From Pavona decussata (Eukaryota): 64,000 nt of DNA. Both the position numbers and the translations under genes were made by a program. Under the pieces are notes generated by a model. The model saw only the letters and a program-made list of their open reading frames with translations. It was not told the DNA's origin and did not search any database. The stretch is from NCBI GenBank assembly GCA_977016875.1, contig CDRNST010000056.1, positions 62,001-126,000 of the forward strand. Reading direction: 5' to 3'. Within the stretch, counting starts at the first letter, position 1, and each line of letters begins with the position of its first letter. Positions 24,890 to 39,800 of this stretch are shown here, piece after piece.

Positions 24890-25105
24890 ATTGTCAAGAT
24901 GTCGACAACCGCTTTGTCGCCAAGGAGGGCCACCAAATATTTTTTCGATTGTTCTGGAGGGGCCGACATAGTTTGTTTCATCGCCAAATAAACTGGTGAA
25001 AAGTGTGGGAGTGTTCGTGCTTTTCAGTCGACGCGGTGGCTTTTAGGTCAATATAAGAAAGCACTCGGTGTCCACAGTTGGGCTCTACCTGTTAACCTCT
25101 AACTT

Positions 25106-25361
25106 GGGGTGCTTACCATTTACATGGAAAACACGGAAATTCCAGTTGGAAAATCAAATGGTAAGCATCATTCCATTTGGAGTACTTCTGAAATAATGGG
25201 CTTCTGGTCAAAGTGATGCATTTTTATTACTCCTTTTGGGATTTACAGCTGATGGTCATACATTTTGCACGTTATCCATCTTCTGTTAAGACAAGCTAAA
25301 TCATTTCGTTTTTATGCCGAAAATTTCTATCCGGGTGGTTTGCGTAAATGGCAAGCACCCC
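25106..25361. mobile_element. MITE, duplicate of 1413-1668
   Basis: Same TIRs with one substitution. Confidence 0.85.
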
Positions 25362-25819
25362 AGGTTATACGTCCTCTTAGGCCTGCAATCTGGTCAGAGC
25401 TTATGGAGCCTGAAAGGAGAGCGGACAGCGAGAAAAGGGATTGTGAATGTTTTCACCAGGGTTATTAAACTGAAGAGCGTTTTTTAACGGAATTCAAACT
25501 TCTGGTTTATTGAACAGTAACGCATCTTGTTAGCCTCCAGCTTGATTATACGTCTTCGTACAGCTGCAATCTGGTCAGAGCCTACGTAGAGTCGAAGGAG
25601 GGCAGCCAGCAATCAAACATTACCCCAGAAAGAAAAGGGTCTCATATCAAGAGCGAACTCTAAAAACACCACAGACCTGAGACAAAATCTCGCTCTAAAA
25701 TCACAATAAAAGGAAACAAAGGCAAATAGCTACGTTGAGCCTTACAAAGACGTAGCACGCTTTGACATAAAACGCATACCGGTAAAGGTCGATCTGATAG
25801 TAAAAATATACCGTGAGAA

Positions 25820-26545
25820 AGGTTTGGAACCAACTTGGTGAGAAAATGCTGAGCTCTGACCTAAGGCTGCAGCCAATCAAAACGTCAATGTGTTTCCATC
25901 AAGCACGAGCCCTCTGGTAGAGGTCCAAAGTGAGACTCAGAATGTTCTCAACAAGCAAAACGTTTCTGAAATGGGTCCAATGCCAATCAGATTCAATGCC
26001 ATCTCTATCAAAACAAAAATGTCTGACAAGGGCCTGGAGCCAATCAGAGAAACACTGCGTTTTCAGGAAAACAAACAACATTCTGATAGCGAGAGTCCGA
26101 AGCCAAATAAAGACCAATTACTTTTATCAAAACCAAAAACATTCTGGAAAGGGCCGGAGGCTAATCAGAGCCCAAAAGCTTTTTCACCAAAATCAACAAC
26201 ACTCCGACAAGGTTCCGAAGACAACCAGAGACTCAAGACGTTCGCAACGAGCAAAACGTTCTGAAAACAATTCCAAAGCCAATCAGACTCAATGTACCTT
26301 CTCAGAAAACGAAAATACCCTGAGAAAATGGCCCGAAGCCAATCAGCCTCCATGCGTTTTGAGCAAGTTAAAATAAACCACACACACTCTGACAGATGCC
26401 CGAAGCTAATCAGAGACATAACGTGACTTCTCGACAAACGAATATACCCTAGGAAGGGCCCGAAGTCAATAAGAGACTCAATGCACCTTTTCAACCAACA
26501 AAATTTAGCCAGACAACTAAGGGCCCAAAGCCCAATCAGAGCCAG
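25820..26545 (+). repeat. Duplicate of the ~60 bp CCAAT-centred minisatellite
   Basis: Near-identical to 2105-2835. Confidence 0.75.
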
Positions 26546-29500
26546 AACACAAAACACGCTAATGAAAAACATGTCCATGCCGACTAAACTGCGCGAGTTT
26601 CTAGACAAATAGAGCACCTGGCCCCAAAGCATGAAAACACACATGAAGAAAAACAACAACAACAAGCCAACGAAATGATAACCCCAATTAAGCACTTAAA
26701 AAACTGTAAATAAAGTCAACAAACAAAGAACAAGAACGGTCTAGGTGGTCAGGCGTGAAGTCAAACAGTTAAGTCCTTACAGGAGCCTCCTATCCTTTTA
26801 AAGATAGATTCTCAGATAACCGAAACCAGGAATTAAAAAAAAAAATTACTGTACTGGCCAAGCTGACCTTTTCAGAAAGAACATTCTGCGTTTTGTGTCT
26901 GTGTTAGCTAATCTTAATGAAATCGTCAGAAAAATAGAAAAACTGATAATATCGCAGTTCCGTGGACTGTCTTAACTGATAGTAGCTTCTTCGCGGTTAT
27001 AACACCCGGAGTGGGGAACACAAGTGCAATATTGACGAGCAGTACTAGTTCTGAAGGCTTCTGGCTTTGAAATTATAGAGATTGTGGTAATTTTTTTGAA
27101 TTTTTTTGGGCAAGGGTGGGGGGGGGGGGGGGGGAGACGGAGATACAAATGTTCTGGTGACCAAAATTCCTTTGCAGTGAAACCCGGTTGATGCGGACAC
27201 CAAGGGGACATATCAAAGTGTCCGTATTATCCGGGTGCCCGTTGAGCGGGGTTCCATTGTATATGAAAATTGTTGCGAAGAGTGCACTTTTTTAGTTACG
27301 TTGGGCTGAGATTTGGGTTCCAGTTAAGCCTAATAGGACTTTTTGTGGGGTCTAACTAATTTGCTACATTTGCACCCTCTCGTCACTAGCATGTGAAGTA
27401 TGCCACTGTGGGTTCTACCGTCGGAATTGTATCTCTAGGGTTTTAAAAAATGCCACATGAAAGTAACTTTCATCAGTTGCACTTAAGGATTTTATCCAGA
27501 GACGTAACTCACGGCACGCATATGCCAAAACACGTTTATCATTAATGTCCAAGGAATGCGCCAACAAAGCAATATTACTCTTTCGTCCTTCTTGTCAACA
27601 ACATCTGTCAAATGTTCCTTTTTAAAGAATTAAGTACTTACAAACTGCACACGAGGATTTAAGAAGGGAAACAGACTGCCTTCAGGAAATCCGGAATTTT
27701 TCGCCTCACCCAACATGTCTGCCAAGAATCCTTTACTTGAAAAATAGGAAATAGCTACTTTGGGATGATGAGATTTACAGCGCTGATGGAGTCTGGTGTA
27801 CGTGAAAGAGATTCAAGTTGGACGCAATCCAAAATTGTTACCAAAGGAGACTAATGAAGTCAGAGAAGTTGAAAACAAATATTGGTGCGCATGCTCAGCT
27901 CTGAGTTCATGTAGCTTTCAATGCGAGCGGGTCGAGACATGTTTGCAGCACGTCACAGTGCATCGGAGTGTTACTAAGTTTGTGAGTTGAGACGTTTTTG
28001 GAAGCAAATTTCGAACGAAAATATTTCACAGTGGATTGATGCCAATGATACTGCTCTCAAAATAGTGGTCACGGCAGATCGTCATGAACTGAGCCATCAC
28101 GGCTTTCATCGGGGACATTGTCTTAGCAGCCACCCTTACAGAGCATACAATTGTAGAAATTCGTACAAAACAGTGAAATTGATGGCACCTGGAACGAGAG
28201 GCTGTATGTGAACGACACTATTTACGAAGTTTATTTGGCACTTTGTATCAGAAGAAGACTGATGAGCCTTAAATTCCATTATCAGATTTGAGATATAATT
28301 TGTGTTAGGAAAGGTGCAGTCGCATAATACGTTTGCTTCAAAAGCCAGACAAAGTTGAAAGCTCGCGGGCGACCCCCATTTTAAAGTAAACCGATAGCGG
28401 CAAATGCGAAATCACAGGTATTGGATTCGACTGTGAGTTACTATTTTCGATAGGGATACAATAGTAAAAGATATCATTGTAAGTGATGAAAGGCAGCAGT
28501 TATCGAATTTTCTATTTTTTTTACCGACAGCTAAACTTATTGAGCTAAACTTACTAAGCTTCCTTTTGATGTTGATGATAGTCATAGTCTTCCCACAAGT
28601 TTGACAGGAAAAAGACTGCAAAATCCATGTAATATAGTCCCTTTTACAACTAAAGGCGAAGCCAGCAAATTTTGGACCTGTCACAAAACTCAGATCTGAG
28701 GAGAGATTCTGAGTAAACTTTGAAATGAAAGAACTCGTTGATGGACTGTTTTAGTTGTCGGAGCGAAGAGCGACACAATGACTGATCTGTTTGTTATAAA
28801 TCGCTATCTTAATTTTTTAAGCCAAATTCAGACAGCATGAGAGCAACGGAGGGCCTGTAACTGTGAATCCGGCCACAGAAAATTGCCGGATTCGGCGTTT
28901 TGAAATATCATTCCTATCAGTTCCTCTTTCGGGTATTTGATCAATCTACCTTAAAAAATTTCCTGTACTTCTGAATGCCATGGATAGGTGAAATTCTATG
29001 TACAAAATAGTGAAGTAAGCTTTCAGGAGCATTCTGTTGGGAGTCAAGCTTCTATATATCGTCCTTAAATTAGTTGTCGATGGGCAAAGGGATTATTTGT
29101 TAATTTTATAGGCGAGGTGTTTTTTTCAAGCCTCTCAGGATGAAATCAAATCTCACTTATAGAGACTCGAGCCCAGCATGTTTGTTTGTATATTTTGGTC
29201 ATAACTAAAGTCAAATGGAGGGGAAGCAGTATATGCATATCAAGTCTGGCATCACCATGAATTAATTTATTTGTCGTTATTTCCTTTTTTTTAAAGAATT
29301 TTTCATCCCAGATCGTATGCTTTCTAATTCTTCCCGACCAAGCCAACAAAAAATCCGAAAAAGGAAAAAGGTTCCCCAAGCCGTATATTGTCAAATACTT
29401 GATATTATTATAAGTAGTTTAAATTTTATCTTATCAAATAATGGATACATGCAGTTTGTCTAAAATTCGAGCACTGTCTGAAGATAAAACTACTGATCTT

Positions 29501-29817
29501 AAAATCGTATGGGAAGACAGGAAATGAAACTCGTTACATCAACTGTGATAAATCTTCAGGCGGAAAGACGAAAAGGGACTTTATGTGAACGACTTAAAAG
29601 ATGCTTTCCAAAGAAAGGTATAAAGTATATAAATCGTCAAAAATGAGCCATTAGCCTGGAAATGAAGGGATCAATAGGTGGAATTTGTCCTTTATTCATT
29701 TTATGAAATTAAAACTGTTTGATGTTTAGTATTTGGAGACATACAGCTTGAGGAATCATTTCCCTCTTACCGAGTTCGTTCACCGTATCAGACAGCTGAA
29801 AAAGTATTAAGAGACTT

Positions 29818-31868
29818 TGTTCTGTCGCACTTTGTAATAATCATCGCACTTTGTAATACCTGTCGCACTTTGTAATAAAACTGTCACACTTTGTAATACC
29901 TGTCGCACTTTGTAATAAATGAAGCTGTCACACTTTGTAATAACAAGTTGTCGCACTTTGTAATAAGCTTTTAAATTACTTTTGAATAAGATGTTTGGTG
30001 GAAAATAAGTGAACTAACTAATCACCTAGGGTACAAATATGTTCTTCTTTTGTATTTTACTTTCCACACTAAACTGAGGGGATGAAAAAGGAAAAACTCC
30101 TTATCCTCCACGATTCTCGCAACCGTTAATTGTCTAGATCTTGACTACGATGTATCGTGACTTTCTCATCATGAGTAAAGACTTTTAAAAATCGGTTTTG
30201 TTAAGCCGCTCCATTGACTCGGTACTAGTCTAATTTACCGTGCAAATGACCCTATTGCATGTTTAATTTGTAAATGATAGCTTAATTCAGGTGTCAAAAA
30301 AGGTATTTATTAACCGGTCTTAAGATCTTAAATAAAGATCCGAATTTGAAATATAATGGCATCTCCTGCGGATGAAAATAAAAAGGGCTTGTCTCCTTGG
30401 GGTTTTAGAGAGGAAGAAACTGGAAAGCAACCTGTGATGATGCTCAGCTGGCGCAGGACAGAAGGAGAGATTTGGTGTTCTCGTGCAAATCCCGGGCAAA
30501 ACGTTTTTCTCTGCTCCCAACCAAGTGGTTAAAGACATGCTAGTCTAACTACTATGCCCACACTTCAAAGTGACTTCATCGATCTAGGGCAGGAGGCATT
30601 TGTACATCTCACACAATGGTTTCGACTAATGCTCGAAGAGAAAGGCTGTCACATTGCATCCATTCCACCCCAGTGGATCCTTTTGAAGGTTCTGGTTAAT
30701 ACTCAGTTCAAGGGGTAAGCATACCCAGATCTGTGGACCACCCTTCTAACAAAGAAACGCGAGAAAGATGATCTCGAAGATGGACTCCACTTGGTAGAAA
30801 TCGTATTGGTTCTTCATATCTCCGCTGCTCAGCTTGGAAAGGGCATAATCAGCCCAAAACAGATTCAAGAATGATTCACATTCCTCCCTTGGTGGAGAAA
30901 CCCTTGCAGATCTCATGGGAATTTCACTGAAGGGTTCATCAGTTCTGGATTTTGATCCAGAGGCAACAGTGAGAAAATGAGTTTCTTCATCAAAAAGGCA
31001 CGAGGACCATTCCTCCAAGCTTGAGGATATAATGCATCAGATATTCAGTATATAGATAGAACCTATCCAGTCTTTTCTTTCTTGGCCCACCCCTCACTGC
31101 AACTCCCATCTACTAATACCTCAGCACACACCAAGCGAAGAACGATACAACTATAAATTCGATTATTTACCGTGCTTGCATCTACTGCGCAGAGCTATCG
31201 GCTATTTATACTGCGTTGCGTGTAAATTTCGAAGAACTGTGGTATTTGTCTTGTAATGGCGTCCAAGGTATCCCGACTTTTAGCCACGATTGTAGCACCT
31301 ATTTAAAATCTTGTGACTACCCTCCCAAAAAAAAACCTCATATAGAACAAGTAGCGAGTCACTTGAAGCCTCCGTCTCCCTTGCTTACCCTTGGACTCAA
31401 CCCTCTCGCTCATCTTTTTATTTTTACCTGGAGCTATTTCCCCTCTGTTCAGTTATTACACTCCATCGTTGCTAAACAAGCTATGTGATCTCCAAAATAA
31501 CAATTGGGAGAAGCGTGGAGTAGAACGGGTTCGTCCCCTCAGTTAAGTATGCAGAGTAAAATATCAAGGAAGAACGTATTTGTGCCCCGGGGGGATTAGT
31601 TAAGTCATATATTTTCTACCAAATATCCTATTCAAAGGAAATTTGAAAGCTTATTACAAAGTGCGACAACTTGTTATTACAAAGTGTGACAGCTTCATTT
31701 ATTACAAAGTGCGACAACTTGTTATTACAAAGTGCGACAGCTATTTTATTACAAAGTGTGACAAGTGTTATTACAAAGTGCGACAGGTATTACAAAGTTT
31801 GACAGTTTTATTACAAAGTGCGACAGGTATTACAAAGTGCGATGATTATTACAAAGTGCGACAGAACA
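29818..31868. mobile_element. 2.05 kb non-autonomous foldback DNA transposon, TGT...ACA ends, 5 bp TSD (Ginger-like)
   Basis: GACTT TSD (29813-29817, 31869-31873) with empty site gagacttcctg at 6092. TIRs of ~265-335 bp carry tandem gtcgcactttgtaat subrepeats. Confidence 0.9.
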
Positions 31869-34800
31869 GACTTCCTGTGACCATAATGGCAACCCTCATC
31901 GTTAAACTAATAATCTCCTCAAAGGAACTGGAATTAAGCAAATTAAGACAGGAACATCACACACGAAAAATAGGTCGAAAAACATTGCTTTATTTTCGTT
32001 TTTTCCCATGGTACTTTAATAGAGTAATATTATCTGGTTGAAATTTCATTGTAAATCTCGGTAAGATTTAATCCTCACTTTAAACGAGTCAAGTGAGCTC
32101 AGGATTAAAGAAAAGGAAACGTAAAATCTAGAAACATTTTTTAAACTACCGTCACTTAAAATAGGCCTCGTGGTTTTAAACCCGATAAAACACTCCTGCT
32201 CTTTTTTTAAACATTACTTAAACCTTGCTTAGCCAGTCTCTAATTTGCCGATAGCGATTAATAACAGAAAGAGCTGGAGCGAGTTCCGTTCAAATAAATT
32301 GAAGACAAATTACGTTTTCTGAAACCCTTATCTGTGCTTAGTAAAAGGTCGAAAATTTGCCAGCTTAAAATTGTCCCACTGCAGGAGTTTAATCGTTTTT
32401 TTGTCATTGTGAAAAATGTGGTAGAAATTTGACTATCGACGCCAAACTGAATAGGCTTTATTCAGCAAATTTCTTAACTACAATATTTCTTAACTACGAT
32501 ATCATCAAATGAATCCGCGAGGATGAACAAACCATCTTACAGAACAACTTCTGCAATAAAGACACAACTGGAGCATTCTTCTTTTGTATCCTTCGTTAAT
32601 GGGAATATGTCTTTTTATTGGCTTAAAATATGAAAAAAATCTTAAGTTTGTTTGGTGATACTTAGCGCTCAAATCCTTCATTGATCTCGGCAACGTAATC
32701 CTCACTTCGTTCTAAAATTTTGATGACCACATTTGAAGATTAAAGAAAAAGACCCGCAAATCTAGAAACGTCTTCTAAAATCACGTAAGTCACACTTGAG
32801 AAATTTGCCAACCTTGAACTCACACAGAACACTAATTTGAGGCGAGAGCCATTCGACAGACATTTTATTTATTGAGCTTGATTTAGGCTTTTGTTCATTC
32901 TTTACCATGAGCACTTTCAGGGAACATCATTGTAGCAAAAACTGAAGAAAAAATCTTGGTTCCAAAGATTCAAACTGCCCTAGAGAAATTTGTCAGAAAG
33001 GCGCCCTGAGATCATCTAACAATTTATCGTTACATTGCTTTCCTCCCGAAGAGTTAAAATTTAAAAGTCATGTTTCCTGAACAGGTTCTTTTGAATCTGT
33101 GAATTAAAACCTACCGGTGTGACTATTTTAATAAAAGCTATTAATGACTGAGAAATGTTTTCTTGTTGCACGGTTCCGTTTTTCAATTGTAATCAAGTGT
33201 GGGATGCTGCCGACGACCGGTCCGAGCCGTGATAATTTTATTTAATTATTCTGGTATTCTTAGAGGCCACAGACTAATTTAAGGCGATTTTAAATCAGTC
33301 TCTAGTTGATCCACTTGAATGCGCGATCCACATGACACGTGCATGATAATTTTAAAGCCGTGCCGGCAAACGTTTGGAATAACTTGCATGTATAGACTGT
33401 AAACTATTTGCCGGCACTTGTATCACTTGTATCAGTGGTTCCTTGAGTGTGTGGATATTCTCCAGAGTACCGTTGTCTTCGATCCTCTTATTGGGCGACG
33501 CTATATTGGAGCATTCTCCTTTTTACTGGAGGTAACCCTTTGAATATTGGGTGTTTGATCGAGGGGAGTGGAGTGACGGAGAGCTATCAGGGCTCTTAGC
33601 CTATATTACTCTAAATAATATGGCTTTTCCCGATGCAGTGTTCCTTCTGCTGGATAAAACATCAACTGAACATACATTATACTGTTTTTGACTCTACTAA
33701 AGGTCATAATCTTTATCAGCCACGGCTGATGAGGGTGATGCCTTGCAGTTGGCTTTTCAAGCCACTGTAAGTATTGTACCTGATATTCCCTTCTATCCCA
33801 GCCTCAAATCATATTAGGGACCAAGGGAAGTTTGCAAACCGCTTTGAGGCCGCTCGTAACGTGCAAAGATTACGGAGGGAGAGGTTGGATACAATAATAA
33901 TAAGTGTATTATCGTTTGTCTCACGATGACTCTAAGATTTAAATCGCGACGTTTCGACTGCTTACTGCTAGTCTGCATCAGGCCATGACGGTCGACTGGT
34001 TACGCGGCACCATTTATATCACGATGTTCGACTGTGATTGGTACATTTCGATCCTCATTGTTCGGGCAAGAAGTTGTTCCTTCCCTTTAGTTTCTCTTAG
34101 TCTTCATTGGACTGACGAAAACTCGTGTTCACTGAGTCTGGATGCGGTGACTTTACGTAGGAAGGAACGGATGGAACTTTCAAAGCGTCCTCATAAGGAT
34201 TGTTCTCCTTCTATATGTAAGTGCCTTGCATGTAGATTCAAATTGAAAACCCGATAAAATAAAAAGTGTGTGATAAATTGCAAAGCTGACTGTATTGATT
34301 GCAAAAAAAGATTGAGCAATGTAACTCAGGGTTATGGGAGGGGTGCATGGGGGCAAAATTTAGTTTTATGGTACAGTATCATCAAATTGACATTCCAAGA
34401 TAAATACCCGAAAAAAAGTCCCAACTGAAAGTTTAATGTCGCTTGCTCACTACAAAGATTATAAACGTTAAAAGTCAGCGTTGGCAGAATCTACCCCTCT
34501 CCCTCAGATAGGGTTAGCCTCTGTTTTAAAACGACTGACAAGAAGACTCTCACCTCTTTATACATGCTGAACTCTCCGTGAGTGCTCACTAGTAAATTAT
34601 GAGCTGTAAACCGTGACAAAGTGATCCCCTGTACAAAGTCCAAAATCAATAACATCGTTGAGTTCACTTTATTGTGCGATCAGTAAGCATTCTTGAAATT
34701 TCCTGAACTTGATGCCGCCTCAGAATATTGGGCTTCCATACCCTCCTAGAAATTGACCGCTAAAATCCTTATTAATTCGCTAAGGATACAACATTTTCCT

Positions 34801-36725
34801 TAAATATCCCCAGCATCCCGTTAAGCGTTACAATTAAGTGAGTTTAGTGAAGCAAAAATTATTACACCATTCATGTTTCTTTGAATATTTTGAAAATATC
34901 CGGGAAATGCTTATCTACAGGATATCGGAAAGAAGCTTTGTATATTAAATGAGGAAAACGTCTGTGACTTATCTTGAGCTACGACGTTAAATGATCTAAC
35001 ATAAAACTGATTGCAGCCTGACTTTAGTAGTGAAAAATTAAAGTGTTGAGATCATCTGGAACAAGAAGTTGTTAATGTACCTTCTTCTCTTACAAAACTG
35101 GTCAAAAGAAGCATAGGAAATAGGACATTCCTTATTAAAGAATCTGCACTTTTAGAAAGAACCACTGAAGAGCTTTCACTTCAATGACCAGGGTGTGGAA
35201 TTCACATCTACTGACAGAAAACTTAGGATCACGTTACAATAGAACTGATTTGGATATGGGGAGAGAAATGGTTTAAAATGCAGAGAGTGAGAGTATATAA
35301 CAATTAATTAACGGCTCGACAAAAGGCTGTTAAACGTTATTCTCAACTTTCAATTTGTTAATTTTGTAGTCAAACAAGCGACCAAATGCAGTTATTCGCT
35401 ATAACACTGTCTACACAGAAATAAGTTATGTGATCTTACAAGAAGGCAAACAAGTAATCTTGTTAGAGTAACGCAATTTAACTAATCGCAAAAGGTGATG
35501 GAAAAATCAGACGCAAAAGGAAAAATTCGGCTTTTGCAAAAAGTAAAATATTTATGATTTTTGATTGCCACAATTCCTGTTTAAGTCAACTGAAATTTCA
35601 CACTCCTGATTTCTCAAATAGTATATATCCACTTTCAACTTTCCTTGAGTTCAAGCAAGAATAATGTGTTTCTATAATTGCCACTGCGGACATCTGAGAG
35701 CGAGTTAGGAAAAACCCTATATTTCATTTCCCACGTTTAGCTGCATTGAAGACTCTCGAACTCTATGTGCTAGTATTAAGACTTTTTTCCCTTTCTGTAA
35801 TTGTAAAAATTGTATTCTTGAATATTTACTAATCCGAATAAAAAATTTAAAATAAAATGTTTTCCTGTGGTGCGGTTCCGTTTTTCAATTGCTACCAAGT
35901 GGGCACTGCAGCCAACCAAAATGATTCTATTCTGGTATTCTTAGCAGACACTCTTAAAGTTAAGCTGGCGATCTTAAATCGGTTTTAGTTGGTCGACTTG
36001 AATCCAAGATCCAGGCGATATTGGCGTGCCATACCGGCAAACGTTTTACATAACTTGCATGCGCGGACTGTAAACTATGTGCCGCGTGACTGCTTATACC
36101 AGTAAGGACAGCTCTCCAGCCGAGTTCCCCGTTCTTTGCGTTGTGTCCGTCACACTGGTTGCCTTCCTTTATTGGACCATGCTCTCTTTTTGCATGGGGT
36201 ACCCCTAAAGTTTTGCGTCTGTGAGTGCTGGGGAGGGGAGGGGAGCAGGGTAGGGCTAGGGTTGGTGAAGAAAAGCTATTAGGCGCAGACTGCAAGCAAT
36301 AAGCTTATTTCAGAGTCAATCTCATGAGTTTCCCGATCAAATTTTCTATCCTTTTGCATGATGAAACGAAAAATACATAATTATTTTCTGTTTCTCACCG
36401 TTTCGATCATTATTATTTCTTAGCCCCAAGCGTCCCGCTACATAATATTTTAGACCAAATACCCAATTTTTGTCTTCTTGTTGTCACATTCCTACATAAA
36501 GTGACCCAGGACTCTTTCCACAGGACTCAACGCAATTTTTAATTTATTATGCGCAGTAAAACTATCTGTATGCACAGTCTCAGAAAGCACCACACGGCGC
36601 GTAGCGTAACCTGTGAGCCAAGCGAAACTTAAAATAGCACGTGAATAAATCAATAAAATATATATACATATATAAAAGTCATAGTCTAGATGTCTGAAAG
36701 TCTAAAACTCTAAAACTCATACAAA

Positions 36726-36753
36726 TTATTATTATTACAAATTATTATTATTA

Positions 36754-36791
<38 letters not shown>

Positions 36792-36812
36792 GTTATTATT
36801 ATTATTATTAAT
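36726..36812. repeat. (TTA)n microsatellite
   Basis: Imperfect tta/ttg trinucleotide run. Confidence 0.95.
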
Positions 36813-39800
36813 TGAGGTGTTTTTACCAAATTTAAAGAAAATAAAAAGCATAATTTCTGTATCTTTTGCTAAAATGACCATAATTCACAAAAACCAGGAT
36901 AATTATTGGCATAATTTTAGAAATATACGAGCACTGCTATACTAGGCAAACTATAACTCAAACTCCCTCGGTTTTACGAAACCGTCGTTTTTGGTTATAC
37001 TCGCTGGCCAGGACTCTCCCTTGACTGTGCGCTAGTATTGCAAAACACGAGGTCAGTATATCTTAACACATACGATATTACAGTTATTATGGTTTAGTGG
37101 CACAGGAATTACTAAATCTAGCTGGCATATGTTCGTTATTACCAGAGCGTGTTTCTCTACATTTAGAATCTCTGACCTCTGTTTAGTCAAACATTTTCAT
37201 GTGTCTAATTTTAGTAAGCGAAAAAATGAATTAACACTTAAAAGTGTTGAGACTGACTAACACAAAGCTGGGTTATTTTTTCAATTTCACTGGTACCAAA
37301 AATTATATTGAAATACGTATTTAACGTATCTATGACTCATACATCCCCACAATGCTTATGACACTAAACTGAATTGTCAAGATGACAGGCATTAACATGT
37401 ACCAGCCTCTGGCTGCAAAGTAAAGTATCAATAAAGTATATATCTATCTATCTATACGCTAAATTGAGAAAGTACAAAGTTCAAAATCCGTTATATCCAT
37501 GAACTGTGTTTGAGTTAAGTGTTGTGAATAAACCCTGACCCTAATATCCCTGACTTCAAAATATTGGGTTTACTATGTCCACTAAATCATTTTATCCAGG
37601 CTTATATTTCCATTTTTGTTATATAGCTTTATTCTTTGACCAAATCCCCTTGAACTGACTAATTCCCTACAGTTTTCAAGGGGGATAACGACATTGCACC
37701 GGCTAAAAGTCGCCTAAAGAATAATATAGAAATTTTCTCAGACCAAAAAGGAGATTTTTTTTTTGCACCCATTTTACTGGTTCCACAGAATCAAGGTTTT
37801 GTTTTTGCATCTTGAAAGTGAAGCAGAATGAAAACGATAGTTTAACTGAACCGGTATGGCATTTGATCCTTTGTGGTAAGGCTGGTAAGATCTACGAGCA
37901 GTTGTTTCTCCACCAGACGCGAAGAAAGCACTGCTGACAGGGTATACTTGTGGGAAGCGGCTGACAAACAGCCACCGATGAGTACCTTGCCAAAACCGGT
38001 AGGTCGAGACAAACACTTAGCTGGCAAAGTGGCGGAAAGTAACAAAAGTCAACTTCGGAAATAGCGAGATTGGAAAGTAAAACCAAACAAAAAACCTCAT
38101 AATGTTAGGGACGGGTATATCTGTAACCTAACTGAAAATGCACAACAGGAACTTGACACTGTAAAATTACTAATAGCTAGGCCGGGACGCCCCACTTTTG
38201 AGACTGCGGAAATGATCCCTTGGTCTTCAATCTACACACAACGGAAATTTTGGAGGAAACAACTATTGTAAAATTCCTGAAGCAAAATTATTTATAACAT
38301 TCATGTTCTATATTTATCTAATGGTTTTAAAAAAACAACACCGTTTAATGATCTGTTATTAACATATTGATCAAAGGCGGCCGGAACAGAAACTTTTATA
38401 TCTTCTTTGTTGGCAGGAGATTTGAAAATCAAGGAAGAAATCTTTCCCCAATAATAAAACAGCACTATTGGGAAGAACTGTTGAAGAGCTATGACAAAAC
38501 ATCCTACTGGTCTTGGTCTACTGCTGGCCCAAAAGTTAGGATCACATTACAACAGTAAATTTGGATATGGGAGTGACCGGCTTAAAAGTGAAAAAGTGTG
38601 AGTATTTAAGGCTGGTATATGTTATTCTCAACTTTGAATTTGCTAATTTCGTGCTCAGACAAGCGACGAAATGTGGTTATTTGCTACAACGTCAGAAAAT
38701 ATGTGATCTCAGAAGACGTCAAACTGAATTCTAGAAAAATTTAATCTTGTTGGAATAATTCAGTAACTAATCGCGCAAAGGTTACAGGTGAAGGAAATTA
38801 GACGCAAACGCACAGCTTGTAAAATTCTTTGACAGTAGCCAAGGATGTTTATTTACCTGAGCACCGCAAAAATCTAATTCCTGCTTCAAGTGACAGCGTG
38901 TCTTTGAATAGCCGAGAAATATATTTGTATCGATGAAAAACGTTAAAATAATTCCCAAGTTTTGTTAAAAAATGAACTTTACTAGTGCACCGAAACTAGT
39001 ATTTATAATCTTTGGCTGCAGATGGTTAGAATAGGAATGGATTGCAGCTTGAAACAATTGGCCATTTTTTTAAATTCAATTCTTCTGATTTGCACTGGAA
39101 AATTTTGCTTTAATCGTTATGGTTTCTTGCTTTAGAAATCCCGCTTGAAATGCTCGTCTTGGCACTCTAAGAGCAGTTTGATGTTTGAGCAAAGTTACCA
39201 ACTCGTCAAATATTTTGTCCAATTTGGCCACACACAACAAAATCCCCGTGACATTGACAAAGCTGAACTTTTACAGCTACCTTAATTCTTAAATACCGTC
39301 CCTTACTGCCTGACAAATACATGCAAACAGTCGCACGAAGCGCAAGGACAGCTCGTGCTCGCGAGTTCATTTAACTGAAGAAATGGCCTCATTTTTTCTT
39401 TTACTTAATTTGAAAAAAAAAAAGAAAAAATCCCGCAAAATCCACTTTCATAACCAGCCTTGTCAGGACTCAGACAACTTCTTACGGCGCCGCAAGCCGA
39501 GAGCATGCAGCGAGTGTCGATGTCGGATGATTCCACGAAAACGGACTTTGAGCTAAAAGTCTCAGTATTACATAACCTGATTTTTGAACTTGAGAGAGAG
39601 TCAGAGTGACTCCCTAGACTGCTTCACGTAAGCCATCCTCATGCAGATATTTCCATTAGCATAGACCAACTGACTCGACAAAAGATATAGGTTTTTGCGC
39701 GCACTGATTGCTTGACAATTCAAACTCGGGATAGTATTTGCTATTCTCCTTAGGAAATCGACCTAGACTTAACGCGCGAGTTGTTTTGAATATGGTCAGA

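Noticed and set aside
25890-26695. Overlapping 124-176 aa ORFs on both strands
   Set aside because: They lie in the CCAAT minisatellite, and copy A has a frameshift relative to B; no domain is recognisable.
29818-29965. CRISPR-like short repeat array
   Set aside because: The spacers are only a few bp and not unique, the array is mirrored as a TIR, there are no cas genes, and the context is eukaryotic.
31643-32041. 132 aa repetitive Cys-rich ORF (YYKVRQ/ITKCD repeats)
   Set aside because: It is a translation of the TIR subrepeats of the 29818-31868 element running into flanking DNA, with a TTG start.
36754-36945. Poly-Leu signal-peptide-like ORF
   Set aside because: Translation of the (TTA)n microsatellite.
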